This document shows, in pieces, positions 13,085-26,126 of a DNA stretch of 54,636 bases. The position numbers and the translations under genes are program-made. The stretch comes from Octopus bimaculoides (Eukaryota). Within the stretch, counting starts at the first letter, position 1. Each line of letters starts with the position of its first letter. The notes under the pieces were generated by a model, which was not told where the DNA came from, did not search any database, and worked only from the letters and a program-made list of their open reading frames with translations. The stretch lies in assembly GCF_001194135.2 (NCBI RefSeq), contig NC_068991.1, forward strand, positions 31,065,822 through 31,120,457, written 5' to 3'.

Positions 13085-13617
13085 ATATCTTTTATTATTT
13101 ACTCGTTCATTCATTAGAAGGCGACCATGCTGGGGCACCGCCTTGGAAGATTTTAGACAAACAACTCGACTCCAGTACTTAACTTTTTAAAACCTGGTAC
13201 TTAATCTATCGATGTCTTTTTTTGCCGAATCACTAATCTAGGGAAACGCATAAGTAGTAAAAAGCTTGCATCCCAACCACATGGTTCCAGGTTCAGTCCC
13301 ACTGCGTGGCATCTTGGGCAAGTGTCTTCTACTATAGCCTCGGGCCGACCAAAGCCTTTTGAGTAGATTTGATAAACGGAAACTGAAAGAATCCCGTCGA
13401 ATATGTGTGTATGTGTATTTGTGTGCGTCTGCGTTTGTATCCCACCATCGCTTGACATCCGATATTGGTATGTTTATGTCTCCGTAAACACAACGATAGA
13501 TCAATAGAATAAGTACTAGGCTTAAAAAGAATGTGTTCTGGGGTCGATTACTTTGACTACAGGCGATGCTCCAGCATGGCCGCACTCAAATGACTGAAAC
13601 AAGTAAAGGAATAAAAA
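13085..13617. mobile_element. SINE family B: reversed 3' fragment (about 13085-13235) next to a near full-length plus-strand copy (about 13250-13617)
   Basis: CCCAACCACATGGTTCCAGGTTCAGTCCCACTGCGTGGCATCTTGGGCAAGTGTC...ATGACTGAAACAAGTAAAGGAATAAAA. Confidence 0.85.
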
Positions 13618-14176
13618 NNNNNNNNNNNNNNNNNNNNNNNNNNNNNNNNNNNNNNNNNNNNNNNNNNNNNNNNNNNNNNNNNNNNNNNNNNNNNNNNNNN
13701 NNNNNNNNNNNNNNNNNNNNNNNNNNNNNNNNNNNNNNNNNNNNNNNNNNNNNNNNNNNNNNNNNNNNNNNNNNNNNNNNNNNNNNNNNNNNNNNNNNNN
13801 NNNNNNNNNNNNNNNNNNNNNNNNNNNNNNNNNNNNNNNNNNNNNNNNNNNNNNNNNNNNNNNNNNNNNNNNNNNNNNNNNNNNNNNNNNNNNNNNNNNN
13901 NNNNNNNNNNNNNNNNNNNNNNNNNNNNNNNNNNNNNNNNNNNNNNNNNNNNNNNNNNNNNNNNNNNNNNNNNNNNNNNNNNNNNNNNNNNNNNNNNNNN
14001 NNNNNNNNNNNNNNNNNNNNNNNNNNNNNNNNNNNNTGTATGTATGTATGTATGTATGTATATTATCAATCAGTTTCGTTTCTGTATTTCTTGTCCATAG
14101 AGAAAGAGCCGGACTCTAACATAGATTCAAGGCTCCTTCATTGGAACTTTTATCAATATCATCTAGGTATTTGTGC

Positions 14177-14228
<52 letters not shown>

Positions 14229-14307
14229 ATTTGTATGTTTGTTTTATGGATGCGTTTTTATGTCTATATTTTCATGTCATAGCGTATGCATATGTATTTA
14301 TGTGCAG

Positions 14308-14340
<33 letters not shown>

Positions 14341-14357
14341 TGTATTTATATGTATAT

Positions 14358-14712
14358 ATAGGTGGAGGCCCAACTGGTTAGGGCAGCGGTCTCGCGGTCG
14401 TAGGATCATGGTTTCGATTCTCAGACCGGGCGTTGTGAGTGTTTATTGAGCGAAAATACCTAGTTCCACGAGGTGGGGGCGAACCCTGCTGTACTCTTTC
14501 ACCACAACATTTTTTTCCTCTTTCGTTTGCACCTGTATTTCAAAGGGCTAGCCTTGTCACGATCTCTGTCACGCTGAATCTCCCCGAGAACTACGTTAAG
14601 GGTGCACGTGTCTGTGGAGTACTCAGCCACTTGCACGTTAATTTCACAAGCAGGCTGTTACGTTGATCGGATCAACTTGATCCCTCGTCGTCATAACCGA
14701 CGGAGTGCCAGC
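14358..14712 (+). mobile_element. tRNA-headed SINE family C
   Basis: TGGTTAGGGCAGCGGTCTCGCGGTCGTAGGATCATGGTTTCGATTCTCAGACCGGGCG head (A/B-box-like), followed by a body and tail. Confidence 0.75.
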
Positions 14713-14743
14713 TTTTTTTTATTCTCTCTCTGTTTATATTCTC

Positions 14744-14787
14744 GTGTTCTTTTCTGCTGAAGAGCGTAGGTTCGAAACGTAAAACAC
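14744..14787 (+). ncRNA. Minimal hammerhead-like motif in a short PLE-type repeat fragment
   Basis: TTT-CTGCTGAAGAGCGTAGGTTC-GAAAC-GTA-AAA. The helix III stub is the palindrome ACGT; GAGC/GTAG/GTTC forms a hairpin. Confidence 0.45.
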
Positions 14788-15361
14788 TTTCTCACCTTCC
14801 CGAGCGTTAAAGTAATACACCNNNNNNNNNNNNNNNNNNNNNNNNNNNNNNNNNNNNNNNNNNNNNNNNNNNNNNNNNNNNNNNNNNNNNNNNNNNNNNN
14901 NNNNNNNNNNNNNNNNNNNNNNNNNNNNNNNNNNNNNNNNNNNNNNNNNNNNNNNNNNNNNNNNNNNNNNNNNNNNNNNNNNNNNNNNNNNNNNNNNNNN
15001 NNNNNNNNNNNNNNNNNNNNNNNNNNNNNNNNNNNNNNNNNNNNNNNNNNNNNNNNNNNNNNNNNNNNNNNNNNNNNNNNNNNNNNNNNNNNNNNNNNNN
15101 NNNNNNNNNNNNNNNNNNNNNNNNNNNNNNNNNNNNNNNNNNNNNNNNNNNNNNNNNNNNNNNNNNNNNNNNNNNNNNNNNNNNNNNNNNNNNNNNNNNN
15201 NNNNNNNNNNNNNNNNNNNNNNNNNNNNNNNNNNNNNNNNNNNNNNNNNNNNNNNNNNNNNNNNNNNNNNNNNNNNNNNNNNNNNNNNNNNNNNNNTATA
15301 TATAAATATATATATATATAAATATGTATATATATAAATATGTATATATATAAATATATAA

Positions 15362-15398
<37 letters not shown>

Positions 15399-15445
15399 AA
15401 TACACACACACATATACACACACGCACACACATACACACACACAT

Positions 15446-15500
<55 letters not shown>

Positions 15501-15844
15501 TATACGCAGACAGATACATGCATATATGTACCACCAGAATCTTTTATCTTTCATCTTTCATCTACTAAATCCATTCACAAAGCTATAGTTGAGCCCTCCT
15601 ATAGCAAAAGATTTGCTAGTGGAGCTGAGCCCGGAACCATATGATTAGGAGGCAAGCTTCGCTTCTCATCACAGTCACGCCGGTATGTATGTATGTATGT
15701 ACGCATGTATGCATGTACGTACACACACGCACACAGTAATAATTTTCAAAACTGCATGTTTACTATTGACTTCCAGTAATACGTGCACAACGATATATTG
15801 TTACCGGCCGGAGTTAACTGCAGCAACCTACATATATGTGCCCC

Positions 15845-16955
15845 AACGACTTTCTTCCTCCATAACTTCCAGAAAAATGACATTTTTTAATGAAATTTTC
15901 TATAAAATACGCCTCAGATGGTGTAGATTCACATTATGCCAGAATTTGTTATGAAATAAATTTTTCGTAAAAAAAGCCGTGATGTGTCAGTATGTGTGTG
16001 TGTGCTATGCCACTAATTTTTATTTTCATATTAAATTCCGATGTAATCGTAAAGTACACACTTTGAAAGTTGTTTGTAGAAACTTTCATTAAAAACACCT
16101 ATTTTTCAGAAAGTTATGAGGAACCAAAGCTGACTCGTGTGAATTTTCTGAGACTCATCACCAAACTCCCGAAAATATATTTTTCACAACAAATTCAGAT
16201 ATAATTGGAATCTATAACATCTGAAGTTATGAGGAAACAAAGTCGATGGGGTACATTTGTACATGTATACACACTGTTTTAACATAGGAAATTTTGATTA
16301 TTATATTTAAAAAGTACATGTTTATTATGTGTTCAGTAGATTCCGATGATATAAGAATTTGTGAAAATATTTTTGCAATAGTAATGAGCTGAGTTTCAGA
16401 AAATTCACACGCGTCGGCTTTGTTACTTCATAACTTTCAGTAAAATGGGTATTTTTCACGAAATTTTCTACAAATAGCTTTCAGAGTATGTAGATTACGT
16501 TTATATCAGAATTTAATATGAAAAAAAAAAAGGTGAGATAGTACACTTACATACTGTTGCCATCACATATATCTACAAAATGAAACTTGAAAATTCGAAA
16601 AAAATTGTGATGTCTATCAGTGCGTGCTCACCATTTTTCTAATATAGGTATTTGGTGTGACCAAATACCTATATAATCGTAATTTGCACACTCTGAAATT
16701 TATTTGTGGAAATTTTTATTTTAAAATGCCCATTTTTTTAGTAAATTATGAGGAAACAAAGCCGAATCGTGTGAATTTTCTGAAAACCCTCGGCCAACAA
16801 GCCTGAAAAAAATTTTTGCGCAACAAATTCCGATATAATTGGAATCTAGACCACCTAAAGCGTATTTGTAGAAAATGTTTTGAAGTTATGAGGAAACAAA
16901 ATCGGTGTGGCATGCTTGTGCATGTATACCCATTGCTTTAACATATGTATTAAGA
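15845..16955. mobile_element. Modular repeat with alternating inverted and direct units, probably a non-autonomous DNA transposon or foldback element
   Basis: Units of about 270 bp at about 16020-16300 and 16670-16950 (direct), with reverse-complement partial units at about 15845-15960 and 16385-16525. The motif AAGTTATGAGGAAACAAAG recurs. Confidence 0.7.
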
Positions 16956-17173
16956 TTACGTTGCTATTAAAAAAGCTTGTTTCGCTTCACTTTCAGTTTG
17001 TATGTAAGAATATTTGTTTATATAACTGCATGCTATATATATAAACAAAGTTTTGTATGAAGAGGGTGGCGATAATGTGAATGAGACGGACTACAATCGT
17101 AAATAGGATAAGGGTATTTTCGATTATGATATTGTGTTTAGTAACGAATACTAACTGTATTAAGAATGCATCA

Positions 17174-17212
<39 letters not shown>

Positions 17213-17574
17213 TGAGTGTGTGTGAGTGTGTGTGTGTGTGTGAGTGTGTGTGTGTGAGTGTGTGTGTGAGTGCGTGTGTGTGTGAGTGTGTGTGTGTGTG
17301 AGTGTGTGTGCGTTTGTATTTATCTCTCTCTCTCTNNNNNNNNNNNNNNNNNNNNNNNNNNNNNNNNNNNNNNNNNNNNNNNNNNNNNNNNNNNNNNNNN
17401 NNNNNNNNNNNNNNNNNNNNNNNNNNNNNNNNNNNNNNNNNNNNNNNNNNNNNNNNNNNNNNNNNNNNNNNNNNNNNNNNNNNNNNNNNNNNNNNNNNNN
17501 NTATATACATGCATATATACATACATATGTGTAAAATTATTGGCAGTATTTAAGTAACAATGTGTATGTGTTTG

Positions 17575-17630
<56 letters not shown>

Positions 17631-18877
17631 CAGCAATTTTGTGTTGTTGCTGTTTAATCATAGATCAATTCTGATCCAACAAACCTGATGAATGATTACA
17701 ATATGTGTGAGATCGATCCTTAACCCTTTTCCATCTTTAACTATAGGGCAAGACCCTTGAGCGTCTCTTGTAACCTCCAGCCCTCTACTAGTATTGGTAC
17801 GAGGTTGTAGTTTTTATAATATTTTTCTCCACATCAGTTATAAAAACCCAAAGTACAGCCATGGATACCATAGTGTCCTTCTTTTAACATATTTCAGTAC
17901 GGTTCGATGAAAAACTGGCTACTATTTTTTACAAGTTTTTTAAATCTCGTGATGGGTAGATCATCAATTTGTCTGAGAATTTAGATGAATGGCTTGACAC
18001 CGACTGATAATTAATATATCTTGTTTTTGTTAATGTTAGCTTCCAGAGATAAACTAAAAAATATAGATATCTTTACAAGTAACAGTGATTCATGCGGCTG
18101 GTGTTCACATAACTGTCTAATGATGTGTTCAGATTTAAATCTATATTGTTGGGGTATGAATCAGTTTAAGTCAGCAATTTCTTGTAGAATAAACAGAACC
18201 TTGTGTCTCTGACAATTTTTGTAGGGACACTGAGAATGAAATGTACCATCCGAATATTCAATGAGATAACCCTGTACGGATTTAAGAATTCATATTGTCC
18301 TTTGTATTGAACGGGAATTCGTTGTACATCGAGTATGAAATCACCATCCCACTCTAATGAATGGAGACTGACGTTTCGTAAGATTTTGGCACGTCTAAGT
18401 GTGAAATGAGATGTGGAAGGATTTCTTTTACTGTTTAGTCTGAAGAAAAAGGTCCGACTCCATCACCTTGGTGGACCATGTGAAGTCCTCCGAGACAACG
18501 TTGATCAATGGGATTGATGTCCAGTTTGAACGACAACAAACTCGAAGACTTACGCAAAAAGACACGCACGTACATACACAGCTGATAATGTACGTGAATG
18601 TGTGTGTGTGTATGTATATACAAACTGTCTATGCGCGCGCAAACGTGTCTGTATGTGTGTAGTGAACAATAAAGCTTATCTAGAGATGTTTTTAGGCAAC
18701 GCTTTGTTACGACGATTGAAAACAATCGCCAACATACGTATCAGTGAGAAAAAATGTTAGATTGTTATAATGAGAAAAAAATGTTAGATTGTTATAATGC
18801 CCACTTTGGTATACGGTATACTTAGGAAAATCAGTAAAGATCCGACTATCTCTGACCGCCAACTGCATACACTGGTA

Positions 18878-20580
18878 ATCATTTCTTTATTTGGCACTAC
18901 GGTCACAACACAGACGGGGGACACTACAAGGACATTTAACGAAATGATGACATGAATTATTTAAAATGAAAGGATGAAATGGCTTACGAGCCCCCAAAAG
19001 CTCGCAGTTTCATTTAACTATTCTTTATACAGTTTTTAATCGTTTTTAAATTTCTCGTCTGTTATAAGCTCCGTCAAATCTTCCAGTTCAACAACACTTG
19101 GCAGACTCTCATAACGGACGTATACTCCTGTTCCCATGATACTACTAGGAAACAACTCTACTATCCTTTCCATTCGGTCTTTGTCCAATAACACTGCTTT
19201 CTGATCTCTATGGAACATGTTCGAATCCAATTTAACTCGTATTAATCCCTTCATTTTTACCAACCTCTTTTCTACTTCCATCTCCCTCATGTTAAACACC
19301 AACAATTTTAAATTCTTTCCTTTTGGTCTCTCCCTACTCGTGCTACATATTCTGTTTGCAATGTCACTCTCTCCTTCCACTGCTCAAGTCTGATGTCATC
19401 TTCATCTTCTTCTATACTAGTTACTGCTTGCTCTGATTCTCGGGTTCGACACTCTCTCGTTTCCATTTCCTCTGTTATTTTCTTTTTACCTTTCTTTTTT
19501 TTTCTGGCTTCTTGGTGGGGATTCCACACTTGCTCTCTTTCTATCAACAGTTATTTCTTCCTCCTTTTCTTCCACTTTTTCCTTTTTTTTCTCTCTCTCT
19601 CTGCGTCGTTACACCCCTCTCTTTCTTCACCAGGTACTTCTCTTAGGGGACACTTTGCTTGCATGTGTCCCCTACTTTGGCATCTGTAACATTGGTGGTC
19701 TCTCCTCCACCACAACTCTCAGTCGTGTTTCTTCGGGGAGCACCAATGCTTCGGCTATGTTATGCAGGTCTGGCAGGGTTATATGGATAAATGCTTCTAC
19801 ACCAAAACCCCACCAGCTGATCTCTCGTGACTCTTCAACTTTTAGCATTTCCACTGCATCTTTGCAGTTATAAATAATGGCTGCAACCAGCCATTGTGGG
19901 TCTATTTCAGGAGGCACTCGGCCAATCCCCACTTGTGCGGCCCCTCCTCCACAACAGGTAGGCAAAAGTGCCCACCCAGCCATTCCCAAGGGCACAGTGG
20001 AGCGCCTCCCTTCCCCCTCACTCGCAAAGCCACACCTTCCACCTTCCACACCGTGCCACACCTTCCACCTTCCACACCGTGCCACACCTCCCACCTCCTG
20101 CGTAGAGCGCTGTTAATGGCCTAACCTCACCCAAGCACTGCTCCATCTCCTCAATCTCCTCAATCTCCGCCACCTCAATCCTTCTTGCTTCGACACTAAG
20201 CGCTCCGCACACAACAATCTTCCCCTCAGCCCGCTTGAATGCATCCCTAGGTAGTGCTACTTCCAAACAGTCTCCCTCCTTCCTGAACAAATTCCCAAAC
20301 TTTTCCAAATCCCTCCTCTCAATGTGGACCTCCTCCATCTGCACTGCATTGGCAGACAGGCTCCTGCCCGCCGCCGCAGCGCACGTTAAAGCCTCCACAC
20401 CCAGTTTGGGCAGGAAAACAATCCTCAACAATAATATTTCAACAACAATTCCCCAAACAACACTCAACAAAACACAACTCAAATCAACTCACCGCACCAA
20501 TCGCCGTCCTCAGACCAAAATCACAACGCAAACTCCTGGCCGCCTACTATGTACTCTGGTACATCACGTACTTCTCTTTA
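18878..20580 (-). mobile_element. Internally deleted L1/Tx1-like element: 5' UTR, ORF1 with CCHC knuckle, N-terminal AP-endonuclease remnant, 3' end with AATAAA
   Basis: Frameshifted ORF1 ends RLRVVVEERPP-CYRCQSRGHMQAKC (19650-19691). Then come an acidic/basic linker and KNLKLLVFNMR..ICSIE, resembling an APE start. AATAAA is at 18886-18891. No RT motifs seen. Confidence 0.75.
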
Positions 20581-20843
20581 CTTATAGTGACTAGGTTTCA
20601 TCACGTGGGAGGGGTGTACCATTATTACTAATTCCCTACAACAGAAGGAATTATGCATAAGCTTCGACTCTTGCTGGTGTCATCGTCAACCTACTACCGT
20701 TAACTTTCAATAAATGCACAGTTTATAAGACAAATTATATTAAGTCTGCAGTTTTAACACTTTCTAGGCTACCAAGTGTGTGTGTAAATGTATACGTGGG
20801 TGCATGTGTGTATCTGTGTGTATATGTGTGCGTGTGTGTTTGC

Positions 20844-20891
<48 letters not shown>

Positions 20892-20919
20892 ACATATATA
20901 TATATATATATATATAAAC

Positions 20920-20976
<57 letters not shown>

Positions 20977-21234
20977 CACGCACGCATACATTATAACTGA
21001 AAGGCTCCGATTTCCAATACTCAGGGGCATAAGTTTCCGATCATCAGCTGGTAAACCGAGCCTAGTTTTCCAACTGTTGATGTATGTATACATACATGCA
21101 TGTACGTATATATGTATGTAATTATGTATGTATGTATGTATGTATGTATGTATGTATGTGCGCGTGTTTGTGCATGTATGCATACATACATACATACATA
21201 CATACATACATACGTTGCTCTCGCATACATACAT

Positions 21235-24200
21235 AGCATCGCATAGAGGGAACCTAGTTTCAATGTGGTTAGACTGCAAGAAAGCTTTGACTCTGTTCCT
21301 ACCTCATGGATGCTTGAAGCCCTTCAACTTGCTAAAGTTCCAGTGAGCATAGTTAAAGCCGTGACTGACCTGACTTCATCGCATGCCACCATCTTGAAGT
21401 AAAACACAACGAGGGGCAACCTTTCTGTGATGTTGTTCATACTTTCTGTAAATCACTTGTCATTCGTGTTAAGGAAGTCTGAAGGATACCTTACTGGTTT
21501 ACAAGGAAACAGAAATGCCAAAATTACAGTTTCGTTGTGGATGACTTGAAACTTTATGAAAAGAAATGCATGAGATGAAAAAGAACCTTGACCTGGTTAC
21601 AGCATTCCCAAAGGATATAAGGCCGGAATTTGGTCAGAGGAAATGTTGCTATATAGTTGTGAAAAGAGGGAAAACAGTAAGCCAGACTCGCAACATCTCC
21701 ATCAATGACTTAACTGTTTCCCTATATCTGATGGGGAATGTTAAGGGTATTTACGGGTGGATGAAAACATATCTTACAGTGGCACCTATAACAAAACATA
21801 TGTCACTAAAGAATGTACAGTCGAATAAAGAAAATTTGGACCTAGGCACTTTCTGCATTTGATAAAACAGTGGCCTACAATGTGTTTGCAGTGCCAGTAA
21901 TTATATCAACATTTGGGCTACTTGATGAGATGTGAGCCATTGATGTGAAAACCCGGAAGATACTAAACCAGCACACATAATTTCCACATCAACAGTGATG
22001 TCGACCGCCTCTACCCCAAACGAAAACAAGACGGCAGTTCGGATCTTATCATCGATCCAAACTACCTTTGAATATCTTATATCCTTTCGGCAACATCTTT
22101 TAACCACCAAGTATCAAAGTGCATCCTTTCACCAAGTTTGCATACATGAGGCTAATCACATCATAATACTTGTAAGGCAGCTACTTGAGCACCATTCCTT
22201 GTCTGATAACCTTAAGTACATGCCCAAAGAAGTCGCACGACGCTACCGCAACCTATTATTAGATGAAAGTATATGTGTATACCAGCAGAAAACTATGCAT
22301 GGATATTAGTAGATAGCTCCGAGATGATAGTAACACTGACCATCAAAACAGTCTTTCATGGGCCAACAACCGGATTACTACCTTCCACTTTAAAGGGTGT
22401 ACGTTTATAATCCAGGAACAGGAAATATCAACCAAATACCTGATGCGCAAAAGGGACAAGGATGCAAGAAAATCAGTAAAATGTGACAACAATGCAGGCT
22501 GTGTAAAGTTAACACCCGCATCATAAGCAGTTGTCCGAAAATGTCATCATAGTATTATCTACCGATGAGACATGATCTTGTAGCAAGGAGACTATATAAT
22601 GAGATCCGTCGGAAGTATAGCCCCGAGGAATAAGAACTCACAGTATGGTAGAAGCCATAGCCGGAAGTTTTTGCCGTGTGGGCGGTTCTGCATTTGGGGA
22701 TCAGTTTTGTCTCTGCTAAGCAGTGTGGTATGCGATGGTCGGTAGAAGGTTAGCTTCTTGTTCCAGTATCCAACAACCAAGTCTCTTCCTGGTGCTTTCA
22801 ATCCTGAAGTTTCTGGATCACAGTTGCAAGGTATCGCTATCAATGTTGTATGTCTTGGTGTAATGCAGAGACAATTACTTCTTAGAATTTCTTCCAATCA
22901 CAGAGAATCTTGGTTAAACTCTTCTTCGTTCCAGATTTTTCTGCAGAAAGAGTATGTCGTCTTGTGAAGAAGCTTCTGTGATGTTCATTGCTTCTCCTCT
23001 CATATCTTTGTATAGTACTGCCTGGTTCCGGTTAAATCTTTTGTTTATTGTTTTTCTCTCGGTTATTCTCTTTTGGTATCAGAGTTTCTCACAGATGGCT
23101 TTTAGCTCCTGCTTGAGGGTGATCAATCTGCAATTGAGTGTCCTATTTTTGCTATCTCCACACATCTATTCAATCTCTTTTTTCACTTTTTGTTGGTGTA
23201 ACGTATAGCGATTTGCATGTTTGCACGTAACAAGCATCATCACATGGCTGATGGTCTTCCGTAAATCAAATATCTTTTTTTCTGCTTTCAAAATCCACTT
23301 GCTTCGTTGTTTCGATTTTGTTCATCTTTTGAATGTCGTTCATATACTGCTTTGCAGTAATAGACAGGGCATTTAGACAGGCGTTAATCTGCCAGAATGA
23401 GGGTACATTATAGTTCTGTAAATATTCCTCTCCATTTCAATTAACAGCTTCTCCCCACTGTTCCCTATTCACGGATGCTAGAAGCCCTTGAACTTACTAA
23501 AGTTCCAGAGAGCATAGTCAAAGCCATGGCTGACCTGACTTCATCGTGGGCCACCATCTTGAAGTTTTTTATTTACTTTGGTAGAGAATACTCTCTCCTT
23601 GTGAGAACACTTCAAAACCAAAGTTATTTTTTCTCGAAAATTTCAGTAAGGGCATATTTCACCGATATATAATCCTGACTATTTGTTGCGGTTGTGCCAG
23701 CTATTTACCATAGTCGTAGTAGGGGGACAGTGGTCAGTTACTTTAGCCAGTTATGTAGTTTGTCTGGCAGGCAGTTTAGAATATGTTGGAATGATGCTAA
23801 CTGCGAAACACCGTACTGTTCACGTTTTTGTTTTCATTTTCGTTTATAGTGTTGGAAAGAATGTTAATTTCAGATCTACCCTTTTAATAAAGTTACATTG
23901 ATTAACTTTCTTCCTATGTTCCGCAAATGTTGCTTGTTGGCGTAATTGTTTCGTAGTAAAATGATTTAATTCTGGATGCAGGTCTTCCCAATATGATTTC
24001 AATCGATTCATATATCCAACAGCAGGATTTTGCTTCGGTCTTTTATAAGAGTTAAATAAATCAGTATTCAATTCATAACTCCGAGAAAAATGAGTTTTGT
24101 AGTTACGGTTTCTTCTATAACTACAACTAGAAAGACTTTGTTTATGTCTTGAGCTGTTCTTTTCATTTTGTTCTTCGGCTGTGTTGTTGATGCTGTTGTG

Positions 24201-24425
24201 TCCAGCATGTTGTTTGTAGTGACATTCTGCATGGTAAATTCAAGTTTCATTCGAAAATCACAGCGTTCTTGTATAAAAGTCTCTTTCAGTTAATTCATCT
24301 GAAGATTAACCAGTTATTTAACAGGGATGATAGTTGTGGCTTCAAACTTGGCGATAGTATTCATCGTATTTTTGATAAATAGTCTCCCACGCCAAATACG
24401 CGACTTGTCGCTTTGAGTTGCGGTT
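21235..24425. mobile_element. Rearranged, nearly full-length R4/Dong-type LINE: 5' half on the minus strand (about 24425-22670), RT to zinc finger on the plus strand (about 21240-22665)
   Basis: Minus strand: GYMNRLKSYWEDLHPELNHFTTKQLRQQA and KAPGRDLVVGYWNKKLTFYRP. Plus strand: RGNLVSMWLDCKKA, FVVDDLKLY and CRLCK..HIISSCPKMSS*YYLPMRHDLVARR. Confidence 0.85.
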
Positions 24426-24810
24426 ATGTGTATGTATGTATGTATGTATGCATGTATGTATATATGTATACACATTTCTGAGCAAATGCGCCGTCGGATT
24501 TTTTCGCTCAAGTGGGGTACAGAACAGTCACTGATTCATTACATAGTCTTTCTGCCTATGTTTATAGATGCGTGTATATATGTATGTATTATGTGTATAT
24601 GCATATGTGTATATATGTGCATGTGTGTGTGACTATGTGTCTTTGTTCATTATGTTTTCATCTATGCATATAAATATATAATTTCAGGTGTGTGTATGTA
24701 TGTGTGCGTGCGTGCGTGCATGCGTGTATATGTGTGTGTGTGTGTGAATATGTATATATGTATGTATGGGTGTNNNNNNNNNNNNNNNNNNNNNNNNNNN
24801 NNNNNNNNNN

Positions 24811-24862
<52 letters not shown>

Positions 24863-25289
24863 GGCGTGAGTGCGCTCACGAATACATAAGTGTATCTGAA
24901 TATTGCTTGTATTGTTAGCAACCCTCTCAAAGAACATTCTAAACGCTTACTTCCTTCCCAAACCAAAGCTCACATTCCCTATGATAGCTGCCAATTTTCT
25001 CTTAGAGCACTTTCAACTTTACGGAAACACTGTGACAACTTTATAACTGAACTAACTCTAATAGTTGTTTTAGTTACTCTCCTATCAACACTCCTCTGTA
25101 AATAGCTGCCGTTTTTAGCTTTAACTACAAACCGTACTAAATAACTACCGCATGTTTGTTGTTGCTATTGATGGTGATAGAGTTGTTTGTGCTGATGTTG
25201 GTAGTGGTATTATAAGATGTGGGAGTCATGTTGGTAGTTTTATAGAAGGTTGTGATGTTCCTGTGTTAGTGAAATTATTATTATTTTCG

Positions 25290-26126
25290 GAGAATGCGGC
25301 GAGCTGGTAGAATTGTTAGCACGCCGGACGATATGCCGCTAGGCATTCGTCCGTCTTTACACTCTGAGTTTTAATTCTGCCGAAGTCGACTTTGCCTTTC
25401 ATCTTTTCGTGGGCGATAAAATAAGTCCATTTGAACTGTGAGGTTGATGTAATCGACTTACTCACTCCCTCGAAACTTCAGGCCTTGTGCCAAAATTCGA
25501 AATCAATATTATTATTTTTGGAGTGTGTTGGTAGTAGTGGTGGTGATGGTGATGGTGGTGGTGTTATTGAGGATGTTAGACACAGCATTATTGGGAGTGT
25601 TTGTGTTAATGTTTTTCTTGATCAGCAGTAGTTTTGAGGGCAGCGTTGGTTTGTTTAATCTTAGTTCAGCTTTAATCGAACCCCCCTATAACCAAAGGCT
25701 AGCTATGACCATCCCATCCTACACTTTGATATAATGTATCATCGAATTAAGGCAGCGAGCTGGCAGAATCGTTAACACGCCGGGAGAAACGCTTAATGTT
25801 CCGCCGAGGTCGACTTTGCTTTTCATCCTTTCAGGGTCGATAAATTAAGTTGCGCACTGGGGTCGATCTAATTGACCCCCCCCCCCCAAAAAAAAATTTC
25901 GGGTCTTGTGCCTAGAGTAGAAACGAATATATTCTCGGATTACATTATCGAAATTTCTTCCGTCTTTAAGTACCGAGTTTTAATTCCACCGATGTCAACT
26001 TTGCCTTTTATTCTTTTTTGGGGACCAACGGCATGAGTTCCAGACGATGTAAACTACTAGTCGACCACCTACAAAATCTCAGGCCTTGAGCCTATAGTAG
26101 AAAGAATTATTATTATTATTATTATT
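25290..26126 (+). mobile_element. Cluster of three SINE family A copies (about 25290-25515, 25748-25930 and 25940-26126)
   Basis: Repeated GGCGAGCTGGCAGAATCGTTA head, GAGGTCGACTTTGCCTTTCATC core and AGAA(A)..ATTATT tail. Confidence 0.85.

Noticed and set aside
18224-18377. Plus-strand exon bounded by TTTGTAG and GTAAGA
   Set aside because: All three frames contain stop codons, so it is not a coding exon.
18745-18800. About 26-bp tandem duplication (GAGAAAAAATGTTAGATTGTTATAAT)
   Set aside because: An ordinary local slippage duplication.
21030-21050. Minus-strand CTGATGATCGGAAAC
   Set aside because: There is no room for helix II and no NUH triplet in register.
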